The notes under the pieces were generated by a model that was not told where the DNA came from, did not search any database, and saw only the letters and a list, made by a program, of their open reading frames with translations. A stretch of 64,000 nt of DNA, taken from the NCBI GenBank assembly GCA_963693365.1, contig CAVNZM010000007.1:7561962-7625961 (forward strand). The letters are read 5' to 3'. Source of the DNA: Amoebidium appalachense. Lineage: Eukaryota > Protista > Ichthyosporea. This document shows, in pieces, positions 1 through 24,446 of the stretch. Numbering within the stretch: position 1 is the stretch's first letter; each line of letters starts with the position of its first letter. Made by a program: the position numbers and the translations under genes.

Positions 1-90
1 ATTTGTTTATAGCTTGACATTGCATGAGTCGGTGCTGGAGCCAACTAGTCATATCATCGTGTGTACAAAAATTGTGTGTTGTGTTTGTTC

Positions 91-181
<91 letters not shown>

Positions 182-210
182 ATTGCGTGCGGCACATTGT
201 GACTGTGTTT

Positions 211-248
<38 letters not shown>

Positions 249-386
249 TTTTTTTTTTCCTTTTCCCTTTTGCCCTTGGTTGGAGGGGGGGGGGGGGGGG
301 GGGGGGGGGGAGGGGGGAGGGGTTGATAAAGCTGGTGACGAGTAGTGTACAAGGCTTCAAGCAGCACAGTTACTAAGTAAGGATGT

Positions 387-419
<33 letters not shown>

Positions 420-808
420 CGAACGGTTCGAATCTAAAAAATCCTTACTTGTGATAAGACTCCTGGGCCACCCTTTTGCAACTGCCTGTTGCGCCGATGT
501 ACAAAGTTGGTGACTTTGATTTGTTAACCTATCTGTATCTAATACAAGAGTAAGCTGAAGTGCAAATACGGCGCTTCAACGTGCAACAGTTGACTCATGA
601 TCATGAACGAAGCGAGAATACATTGCCAACTTCCAATGTTCAATCTTCAGAGCGACGTTCAGCTGAGAGAGACTGTGTTTACACACTGGCATGCAGTTGT
701 CCTATTTGAAGGCAGCGGCGATTCGATAAGCGCAAAGCTGTTGATTGGACAAGACCGGGTCATAACTATTTTCCAAGAACCGCTTTGTGATGCAGATATA
801 CCTGTAGT

Positions 809-2013
809 TTAACATAGACAAATGTGGTGTTCTTGTACCTGATATAGCTAACAATTTACACACATTTACATTATCATCTAAACCTGTACCTATAGTTCCA
901 GAATACAAATATCTGGTGTTCCGGTTAATTCTGTAGGTGTTATGTTTTTTCATATGGTCGAAAAGAGGGTAGAGTTGGCTCGTAAGCGGTTAGCTTTCTT
1001 CTCGGCTAATATTTTTAAAGACACACCCCTCCGCATCCTTCTATTAGACTTACATTTATTCGCACTTTTGTCTTCCCGGCATGTGAATATGGTTTACCCC
1101 TTCTCGCCGCTTGGATCAAGAAAGAAAGAACTAGAGCGCTTAAACCCTTGGCAAATTTCCTTGAAGCAGAAGTTGCCTCCTTTCTATCTAACAACTGTTG
1201 TAACCCTGGGCCTGTAACGCTCTCGATATATGGTCTGGTCCCAATAGCTGCTAGAGTATCCTATCTCGCGCTGAAATTCAATAAGCACATAAGCCGCTTA
1301 AAGAAGTATTTGCCCTCCCACCCTCTCTTCTCTATCCGACCTGTCCCCTCCTCACCTCTCCCCTCTTTCCTTCCCTCTCTCTCCCCTTCTCCCCTGGGCA
1401 CAAATACAAATAAACCCCGCAAAAGTGTGTGTGTGACTTTGGACTGCCACTTACTTATTAAACATCGGTACACAATCACAAGATAATCACGCAATATAAC
1501 AAATGGAAAAAGATACCACACGACACTAGACCCGATGAAAGCATACACCTTGAAAAACTAAGCCTTATGTCTCGTTTTATATATACTGACCGCCTCAACC
1601 ATATTGCCAAGTATGGCACTCGCAAATGTATAACACCTAAATACATATTACCTTCCTCAGTGTAGAACTGGTCTTTCTCTAGCTGATGGTATTATTGATC
1701 AATTACCACGCTTTCAAAGTTACTGTACACGTGCTATACAGTGGAGATCATATAAGTATAAGGTGGCATCATTTGCATGCCCAAACAACACACACACACA
1801 CACCAGTTTAACCGGTCATGTATCGCCAAATGTAGTTTGATAGACCACATAATACCGCAACACACACACGTCACATTCACAACAGACACCCAGAAAGATA
1901 GCCTACCTGTAAATTACAACATCCTTGATTTTATACTACTGAACACGCGTAACTACGACCTGTTTATTAGATGTATTGATTGGCTTGAGAAACACATCAC
2001 TACAAAATTCTAG

Positions 2014-2084
<71 letters not shown>

Positions 2085-2359
2085 CCAGCTGATACCGAGT
2101 GTCCCAGGGGAGCCCCTTAAAAAAATAAAAAAAAATAATAAAAAAATAATAAAAAAAAAAGCAGGGAACCCCAACTAATAACTGATTTCTCTTTGTAGTC
2201 TTTATGGTGTCTCGTAGAGAAAGTAAACCCTGATATATAATCATCACCCGACATCTATGTACGTGATCATGATATACCGCTGAGGGGATATTCCGAGCAA
2301 AACACCCCCAATACCTTGAGACTGGTTTCTCTTTGCCTCGAGTAAACAGCGTAAACCCC
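809..2359 (+). mobile_element. 5'-truncated, frameshifted copy of the non-LTR retrotransposon at 4589-7788 (RT C-terminus, (CA)n, A-rich tract, 3' module)
   Basis: Near-identical to the reverse complement of ~4591-6128. Translated fragments (HMVEKRVELARKRLAFF, NRSCIAKCSLIDH...DWLEKHITTK) match the long ORF, but many 1-4 nt indels break the frame. Ends at the same ...GTAAACCCC. Candidate imperfect TSD CCTGTAGT (801-808) / CCTGTTGT (2360-2367). Confidence 0.93.
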
Positions 2360-2472
2360 CCTGTTGTGTATGTCTGGGTATCTGGGTGTGTCTCTCTCTC
2401 TCTGTGCACATAGTGTGTGTGTGTGTGTCTGTGTGTGTGTGTGTGTGTGTGTGCGTGCGGCTGTGTGTGCAT

Positions 2473-2520
<48 letters not shown>

Positions 2521-2541
2521 ACGCGCACTCGGCTGTGTGTG

Positions 2542-2591
<50 letters not shown>

Positions 2592-2637
2592 CATTGTTTT
2601 TCCCATCTTTGTGCTTTATTTATATCCCAACTAGCAG

Positions 2638-2694
<57 letters not shown>

Positions 2695-2942
2695 ACACAC
2701 ACACAAAAAAAAAAGCCCTAGCTTGCATATTAAAAAATATTTCTACCCCCTGGCTCTGTCTATTGACACAGAAACCTCCATCAACAAATAAATTCGTATT
2801 ACAGTACTCCTCCTCGTGGCAATGGTACTGGTACGTGTAGTGTGAATGCCCCTTTGGGTAACTGCATGTGCTTGCACGAACACACTGCGGACGCACCACG
2901 ATTACCAATCACCACTATGACACGTGTACCTACACTCAATTA

Positions 2943-2982
<40 letters not shown>

Positions 2983-3048
2983 ACACACTCTCACTCACAA
3001 GCTACACTCACACTCACACTCACACACAATGGCATACACACACACACA

Positions 3049-3130
<82 letters not shown>

Positions 3131-4588
3131 TTCTCTCAATAGACGTACATGTAGAGCTGCACTCCAACATGCGCATGTACGCAGTCTAACTAGAAAGGGA
3201 AAGGCGGCTCATGCAATCGTTTAGCCACAGCGCACCACCCACTGCCTCCCATGGCACCCCTTACACGCACGTCACGTACAAGTGCGCAAATTATCATGAC
3301 ACAGCACACTGAGCCCAGGATGTGAACGACTAGGCAACCTTGCCCCCCCCCCCCCCCCCCCCCCTCCCTCCCCCCCCCCCCCCCCCCCCCCCTCCCCCCT
3401 TCCTCTTTTGCCCCCTCACTCATGCATCTGTATTCAAATCGGTATACCTCGAGTCCATGCATATGTACTGAAGTACCCCAGTCAGTCCCCCCAGTCCCCC
3501 CCCCCCCCCCCCCCCTCCCCCCTCCCCCCCCGCGCAGCATATATATGTGCAGCGGCGCACTGCCGGCAGTGTGTACACGTGCACGTGAACAGTGTGATCT
3601 GCCTGGACATTGCATGTACGTGCTGTCCGACGTGCCGGTCACATGGCAATGCAGGTGTACTTCCGACACTCTGCGACTCTTCCCCGCCTCCCCCGCCCGC
3701 CGGCCCTCCCTCGCCTCTACAAACACACACACGCACGCACACACACACACGCGCGCGCGCGCGCGCGCACGCACGCACGCACACACAGACACACCCATTC
3801 ACGTGCCCAAACTTCGTCACACGAAGTTCACACACACAGACCTTCACATGTACCGGCCGAACGTGCACGTGTGCTACCGTGGGTGTACATGCGCCGTGTG
3901 TGTTGCCATCACACAGTGCATCTGTGCGTGCACCTTCGTTTGTGTGGGTGGGTACCACCGTCGGGCATCTTAGGTGGACTTGTGAGCGCGTAGGCATTTG
4001 AACAGTTAAGGTTGCAGACGTACGTCTGCGCGCGTGTGTGCCCGCCTGCGTGCGTGTGTATAAACCTCACCGGTGTACGTGCGACGTACATGCGCAGGGA
4101 TAGAAGTGTTCCCAATTAGCCAGGCTATTTTTCGAATATATGCCCAAAGCCTTAGTCCCAACCTAATGTAACTAACGGTTCGCGTGGTGACATTATAAAC
4201 CTTACCCATCGTTAATCATTGTGTCGTGCTTGTTCATGGGCCCTGAGTGGCCCATATTTTGCATGAGATTTGCTGGCAGGAGGATCTTCCGGGCTTTCAC
4301 TTAGAATTAAAAATAACGTCACCAGTTCCCTTTTTTTATTCTTTCTTCGAAAAAGTGAACCCGTAGGTGTGAACATTGCATCAGGACCGCTGATGTAAGA
4401 AATGTAGGCCTACAAAAGTCAAAAAAAAAAGGCGCGGGGTTCAGCGTAGGCCTGCAAGCCCGGCTGCGCAAAAGTTACTGCAGACCGTTGCGTGACACGT
4501 AGCAAATTGCGGCAGATTATTTGACCGCATCCGATTGGTGTATACATTTCATGTGTCAAATTGTCATTTTGTAGTACGAGATAGCAAT

Positions 4589-4784
4589 GGGGGGTTTACG
4601 CTGTTTACTCGAGGCAAAGAGAACCAGTCTCAGGTATGGGGGGGGGGGTTTGCTCGGAATATCCCCTCAGCGGTATATCATGATCACGTACATAGATGTC
4701 GGGTGGTGACTATATATCAGGGTTTACTTTCTCTACGAGACACCATAAAGACTACAAGGAGAAATCAATTAGTTGGGGTTCCCC

Positions 4785-4832
<48 letters not shown>

Positions 4833-4864
4833 GGGCTCCCCTCGGGACACTCGGTATCAGCTGG

Positions 4865-4921
<57 letters not shown>

Positions 4922-7788
4922 TGTGTGTGTGTGCGCGTGCGCTATAATTTTGTAGTGATGTGTTTCTCAAGCCAATCAATACATCTAATAAACAGGTCGT
5001 AGTTACGCGTGTTTAGTATAAAATCAAGGATGTTGTAATTTACAGGTAGGCTATCTTTCTGGGTGTCTGTTGTGAATGTGACGTGTGTGTGTTGCGGTAT
5101 TATGTGGTCTATCAAACTACATTTGGCGATACATGACCGGTTAAACTGGTGTGTGTGTGTGTTGTTTGGGCATGCAAATGATGCCACCTTATACTTATTA
5201 GATCTCCACTGTATAGCACGTGTACAGTAAAAGCGTGGTAATTGATCAATAATACCATCAGCTAGAGAAAGACCAGTTCTACAGGAAGGTAATATGTATT
5301 TAGGTGTTATACACTTGCGAGTGCCATATTTGGCAATATGGTTGAGGCGGTCAGTATATATAAAACGAGACATAAGGCTTAGTTTTTCAAGGTGTATGCT
5401 TTCATCGGGTCTAGTGTCGTGTGGTATCTTTTTCCATTTGTTATATTGCGTGATTATCTTGTGATTGTGTACATGTTTAATAAGTAAGTGGCAGTCCAAA
5501 GTCACACACACACTATTGCGGGGTTTATTTGTATTTGTGCCCAGGGGAGAAGGGGAGAGAGAGGGGAGGAAAGAGGGGAGAGGTGAGGAGGGGACAGGTC
5601 GGATAGAGAAGAGAGGGTGGGAGGGCAAATACTTCTTTAAGCGGCTTATGTGCTTATTGAATTTCAGCGCGAGATAGGATACTCTAGCAGCTATTGGGAC
5701 CAGACCATATATCGAGAGCGTTACAGGCCCAGGTTTACAACAGTTGTTAGATAGAAAGGAGGCAACTTCTGCTTCAAGGAAATTTGCCAAGGGTTTAAGC
5801 GCTCTAGTTCTCTCTTTCTTGATCCAAGCGGCGAGAAGGGGTAAACCATATTCACATGCCGGGAAGACAAAAGTGCGAATAAATGTAAGTCTAATAGAAG
5901 GATGGAGGGGTGTGTCTTTAAAAATATTAGCCGAGAAGAAAGCTAACCGCTTACGAGCCAACTCTACCCTCTTTTCGACCATATGGGGAAACATAACACC
6001 AACAGAATCAACCGGAACACCAAGATATTTGTATTCTGGAACTATAGGTACAGGTTTAGATGATAATGTAAATGTGTGTAAATTGTTAGCTATATCAGGT
6101 ACAAGAACACCACATTTGTCTATGTTAAGGATCATAAGGTTTGCCTTGCACCACTCTGACACTACATCGAACAATCTTTGCAGGCGTCTAGGGGTACGGG
6201 CAAGGAGGGACAGATCATCAGCATAGAGAAGTGCAGGCGGAAAGTTATTAATAGGGTCATCGTTTTCGGCGTAAATCTTGACAGCCAAATCATCTATAAA
6301 TAGGTTAAACAAAAAGGGGCTAAGCAATGAACCCTGCAAGAGACCTCTAGTACGAGCAAAACCATATGAAAGATGCCCATTAACCACAGCTCTACCATAG
6401 GTTTGAGACAAGAGTGCTTCTAACAGAACACCAATGCAGTGTGGTACACCCCGTGCAGCAAGCTTTTCCCATAGGAGACCAGGGGAGACAGAATCGTAAG
6501 CAGTTTTCCAATCAATAAAGCCAACATATTGTGCACCAACTTGCATAGAATCGTGCAGTGCCATTATTTGAACATAACATGAATTGTTTTTACGAAAAGC
6601 GGATTGGCATGGGTGTATGTGAAGAATAGATTGAAACCTAGGGTGATGTGCAAATAACCTAAGTAAGCAAGCTTCAAAGAATCTACGAACAACCTGGGTT
6701 AGTGTAATGGGGCGAAAGGATGATATGGGGCCCTCAGAGTCCTTCTTAACTATGGGGATCACTAAGGTATCTAACCAAGATGACGGGACATGTCCACATT
6801 TAACACACCAAGAAAAGAGAGAGCTTAACATGATAGTAAGATCAGGTTTAATAGCACGATCACTTTCCTTTTGTGGGTAGGAGGGAACAAGGATTTTAAG
6901 AAACCCAGCAGGGAGTCCATCAGGTCCACAAGACTTACTAGAGCTATAACTAGATATCACAGACCATATGGCATCGGGACTGAAAAAGGGGAGGATCGAT
7001 TCTATGGGGATAGATGGGTCTACAGGCCACACAATAGGTTTCTGAGCGGGGGTCCTATCTTTAAACAGTTCCGAGAAATACTTATCAGAGTCTATGAGGG
7101 GGTCTCCAGTGGTATCACCAATAATACGAGCAGGGGGGCCAAATCGATTCATACTAGCAAGCCGGCGCAAGCTTTCCTTTTGAGACAGGGGTTCACCTAG
7201 TCTAGCGGGAGTGGTGTTTGGTAACAAGAGAGCATCGGGATATTCCTTCCTACCACCGCCAGCATAATCACCGAGATCTATCAAATCATCAACAATAAAG
7301 TTAGTGCATGTATCTAGTACGAGATGTGAATCTGGCCTGGCTTGTGCAGATTCTAATAGGCGCATATATATAGGGTGTTTCGTAGCATAGCATACACATA
7401 CATCAACTCTACCCCACTGTGACTTAAGCTGGGATAGACGGAGGCGAAAGGTGGGAGGGGGAGGGGGGAGCAGATCAAGGGAGATCTTAGGTAGGAAAAG
7501 GATAGGAGAGTGGTCAGATGACCTAGAGAGGTTAGGAGGGAGAGAGAGTTTTGACATGGTTGATGGCCAAAAGGCCACTCCCCAGTCGGTGTTGTGGGCA
7601 TGGGATATTTGAGGGAACCGCAAAGTGTGACTTTGGATATACCTTGCTAAAGGGATAGCACGCTCCGGGGGCTTAGATGGGTACCCGACACTCACTTGCA
7701 GTGTGTCTGTGTGGTGGAGTCGCGTGTTAAAATCACCTAAAATAACAGTGGACATAGCAATGGGGTTTACGCTGTTTACTCGAGGCAA
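4589..7788 (-). mobile_element. Non-LTR (LINE-type) retrotransposon, ~3.2 kb, with intact RT ORF and ~30-bp terminal direct repeat
   Basis: Flanked by a perfect 10-bp direct repeat AGATAGCAAT (4579-4588, 7789-7798), read as the TSD. Contains an RT ORF, (CA)n right after the stop, an internal poly(A) (T-run 4786-4828) and a further ~200-bp 3' module shared with the copy at 809-2359. Confidence 0.92.
4942..7755 (-). CDS. Retrotransposon ORF2-like protein: partial APE endonuclease + reverse transcriptase + Cys/His C-terminal region (937 aa from the element-internal Met)
   Basis: APE motifs VILGDFN and SDHSPI. RT motifs KSCGPDGL, FRPITL, QSAFRK, FIDWKTAYDSV, GLLQGSLLSPFLFNLFIDDL, LYADDL, YKYLGV. 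The ORF-track start (7992) lies beyond the right TSD, so ATG 7755 (MSTVILGDFN) is used. Confidence 0.9.
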   Translation of the reverse strand: MSTVILGDFNTRLHHTDTLQVSVGYPSKPPERAIPLARYIQSHTLRFPQISHAHNTDWGVAFWPSTMSKLSLPPNLSRSSDHSPILFLPKISLDLLPPPPPTFRLRLSQLKSQWGRVDVCVCYATKHPIYMRLLESAQARPDSHLVLDTCTNFIVDDLIDLGDYAGGGRKEYPDALLLPNTTPARLGEPLSQKESLRRLASMNRFGPPARIIGDTTGDPLIDSDKYFSELFKDRTPAQKPIVWPVDPSIPIESILPFFSPDAIWSVISSYSSSKSCGPDGLPAGFLKILVPSYPQKESDRAIKPDLTIMLSSLFSWCVKCGHVPSSWLDTLVIPIVKKDSEGPISSFRPITLTQVVRRFFEACLLRLFAHHPRFQSILHIHPCQSAFRKNNSCYVQIMALHDSMQVGAQYVGFIDWKTAYDSVSPGLLWEKLAARGVPHCIGVLLEALLSQTYGRAVVNGHLSYGFARTRGLLQGSLLSPFLFNLFIDDLAVKIYAENDDPINNFPPALLYADDLSLLARTPRRLQRLFDVVSEWCKANLMILNIDKCGVLVPDIANNLHTFTLSSKPVPIVPEYKYLGVPVDSVGVMFPHMVEKRVELARKRLAFFSANIFKDTPLHPSIRLTFIRTFVFPACEYGLPLLAAWIKKERTRALKPLANFLEAEVASFLSNNCCKPGPVTLSIYGLVPIAARVSYLALKFNKHISRLKKYLPSHPLFSIRPVPSSPLPSFLPSLSPSPLGTNTNKPRNSVCVTLDCHLLIKHVHNHKIITQYNKWKKIPHDTRPDESIHLEKLSLMSRFIYTDRLNHIAKYGTRKCITPKYILPSCRTGLSLADGIIDQLPRFYCTRAIQWRSNKYKVASFACPNNTHTHQFNRSCIAKCSLIDHIIPQHTHVTFTTDTQKDSLPVNYNILDFILNTRNYDLFIRCIDWLEKHITTKL

Positions 7789-8352
7789 AGATAGCAATAT
7801 TATGGATGTCTTCCGATCTGAGGCTTTCCCGTCTGGGAAGGGAATCGGATTAGAGACCCCAAAATCGATTTTTACAAATAACCACCCTAGAGTCCGGTTG
7901 GGCACGATGATCGTGAACCAATCAGATTGTAGATGTTTCAAAACGGGACTCCATAAAAATTGTGAAAAAGGCGCGCCGGCCGCTTTCTCCATCCATGTGT
8001 GGTTGTTTTTCGAGGGGGAAGGGTTTTGTTTTTGTTTTTTTTAGTTGGTGGTTTGGCTTTGAGTTATAAAAGAGCTGAGCATTGTTTGCAACATTTCTAA
8101 TGCTCACTGACTCAAGGAAAACTGGACACATTTGCGATACAAATTGTATGCTAAAGCTTTACTTGCGCTTATGTGTAAGTTCACACGTGGGTTGAGGCGT
8201 TCTCCTTTGAGATCCTCATCTGTCCTTTAGCGCTTGTAAAGCGATCCTCTGGAGCTCTTTTTAGTCACCAGTATACAACGCACCCTAAGGCACACACGCC
8301 ATCCCCAGACTAATTTAGAAATCACACCTTCTTCTTTTGCCAAGTCTCCACG

Positions 8353-14973
<6,621 letters not shown>

Positions 14974-16242
14974 GATCCGTGGAGTCATCTTAGTGTCTTA
15001 TGAATAAGTTAGCACTTGTGGGTGTGTGGTGTGGGGAGCATGGATCAAGAAACGGAGGAAAACGGCTGGTGTACCCAAGCTACGTAGGTTTTGTTTTTTT
15101 CTAGATTGTGAGCTTCGAGTAGAATTGCGCGAAGTTATCTGTTTGATGCGAGCGCTGAGTGGATCCAGACATAGACACACACGGGCACATATCACACACA
15201 AACGTAGCAATCCACTTGCAGATACGCCGGTTCAAGCACTGCCCCGAGGTTTCCACCCCTCTACAACCATGTAACAACATGCACACAAACATGTTTGCGC
15301 ACATGCACCTACACCCACCCAACACAAACACACACGGAGATACACGCCATGGCATACATGGATCCTACTCACATGAAAAATTTCTGCCCTACAAAGCCTT
15401 CATTGAGTGTAAATAAATACTTATGAGATCATAAAGTTGGTGCCACTGTTTTTGGCACTGTAGGTATTACTAACGGGGTTGAAAAAGGTCATCATGCCCT
15501 TTGTTATAATTAGCCAAATAAAGGATTCAAGATAATTAGCGTGTTAAGCCATGGCAGTGGTGGCGTCTCACTTGTGCCGGTTGTTGGCCACAAGAATGAA
15601 TAATCAAAGTGATGCATAATCACCGATGGTAGCGTGTACATGTTCCATGCCTGCACCTTCGGGCTTGCATCACCGAAAGAAAACAAAAAGTAGTAAAACT
15701 GCAAAAAGTTTCCCGCCAATGATTATGTATATCCCGGGAAAAATAATGAAAGCTGGAGGTGGGCAGATTCGGTAAATCGTCTGTCGAAGCCATGTACTCG
15801 GTAGTCGGTATACGAACTACTAGAGTCCTGGTATTTTATCTTAGACAACTCTGAGGCAAGACGATTCCGCGCTATTATGTTAGAGGTGTACGAGAAGCGC
15901 TTTTAATTTTTTGAATTTTCTCGCGTTTGAGTTTCTTCCTTTAAGTTATTTTCGTATTGTACCATTCATCTTGGCGAGTGGCGAGTGGCGACCTGCAAAC
16001 GCTTACCGTAACAGATAGATATCTTTTGCCCACCTCTAAGTTGAGCCAATCCGAATGCACAACAAAATATAATTTGGTATGTCCGGTATGCATTATAAGC
16101 ATTCCTCCAGCTTCAACGTGCAACGTGCCAAGCAACTTCACACTTCCAAGTCTTCCTGTATCCCCCACTCTCCTGCGTTTATTTAGGCCCAAACGCACCA
16201 CACCTTACATCTCTTCCTCACCAGTAGCCACATATACTTACC

Positions 16243-22646
<6,404 letters not shown>

Positions 22647-23067
22647 AACGTGATGACAAGGGGGAGCAAGAAGTATCAAATCAAGAAATATTATGAGCAA
22701 TAATGCCGCATTCATGGTGATAAGTCGCAGCAGAAGAAACCTTGGCAATAACGTTAATCCAGGTTTATATCGGGTTTTGCACCTACACACATCATTTAGT
22801 CTGGGAGGCCCTGTGCATGGCCAAAGGGTGGGCGGGAAGTGTATACATCTGACCACCTCTCATATTGGTGTGCATAAACGGTTACTTCAATCACCAAATT
22901 ATTAGTATACTAAATGTGCTTATTTCATTAATATTATCATCATCATTACTGTGTTAGTTGTGGCAGGCTTCTGTATAGTTGTGTTGTCGAAATTCTCATC
23001 TCTATACTTCTTTCTTTAGCCATGCATTAATACCTTGCAATTGAGGTTACAACCAACTCTCCCCCCC

Positions 23068-23123
<56 letters not shown>

Positions 23124-23559
23124 CCCACTCACCTCCCCGCACAACAACAACAACATAATTATCTAACAGCCGTTTAGACTTTGTGTTCTCTCTTCCTTTT
23201 AACCCTTTTCTCCTTTTGGGCCCTTCCTACATTCGTTCTTGGTGCTTCTCTGAACATCAAAATAATTTCTGCATGCGCTTGCATTATGATACTAAATGGC
23301 CACACCTTTCTTGAAAAAAAAAAAAAAAATATATATATATAATGGATTTTTTTTCGATCAAGGCATTTTTGGTTCTTGGTATCTTTAGTTAGCAGAGCCG
23401 CAACTTCACACATGTACATTAATTATTATAGAAATATGCTGTAATTTATGCATATTTAGATTGTCAATCACCACTGTCATTGCCATGTGATGGCATGACG
23501 GAATATAAAAATTTGAATCCAAACTGGCAGAGTCTGCCGCTGACCTGACCTCAGAAAAG

Positions 23560-23593
<34 letters not shown>

Positions 23594-23632
23594 GGCCAAT
23601 TCACTTGACTTTGTAGCTGGTCGAACACGCAT

Positions 23633-23685
<53 letters not shown>

Positions 23686-24446
23686 ATATAATAGGATTCA
23701 GCAAAAACAGAATTATGCCAGCTGCCACGGCATCCCTTCCCCCCCCCCCCCCCCCCCCGGGGCCCGGGCACATTGATATATGTGCACACATACACACACG
23801 GTGTACACACACACACACACACACACAGACACATACGAGTGCATGTACAGCACCGTGGCACGCTCGCACACATGTACACACACAGCCAGCCACACACACA
23901 CACGAGCACGTGGGAAATTACACATACACGTGCACATACATTCGAGCTCGGGCGCATACATGTGCACACACACACATTCACACATGTACACGCACGTACA
24001 CAAATACACATGTACAAACACGCACACATACACACGTAGGGGCTCCCTATCGCGTAATAATACCGAGTATACATTGACGATTGCAGAAAAGGAGAAAGGC
24101 TCCGAGTAAGTAGCCCCCAATGTCACCGCATGATGCATACACGTGCGCGTACCGTATGTTCATGGTGCAGTTTCCACCAATCCAAACGGGGCTCCAAATA
24201 TATTCGCGTCCGGGCCCAAGTGTGCGCACTGCCAACACAGAGCTGTGCAAAGCTTAGAAAACTTCTGGAAAACTTGTAGTGAGAAGGTTTCAACGTACAC
24301 GGTCTATTTTTTGAGGTTTGACTTTTCAGAGGATACCCATGGCACTCTCATAGACCCAACGTACGCCAAGGCACGTGTTTTGCACATCGGCACTCGTACA
24401 CATACCGTGCGCCACACATGGCAACAAATTTAAACCAACTAGGAAA

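Noticed and set aside
573-587. GCTTCAACGTGCAAC also present near 16109
   Set aside because: A single 15-bp match with no extension; it cannot be distinguished from chance or a generic motif.
4620-4866. Hammerhead/HDV ribozyme in the retroelement 3' module (several CTGA motifs)
   Set aside because: No CUGANGA...GAAA core with flanking stems could be built by eye; an Infernal search is needed.
7756-7992. First 79 aa of the 1016-aa ORF as genuine element protein
   Set aside because: Mostly outside the TSD and lacking APE motifs; treated as a fortuitous open frame in host flank.
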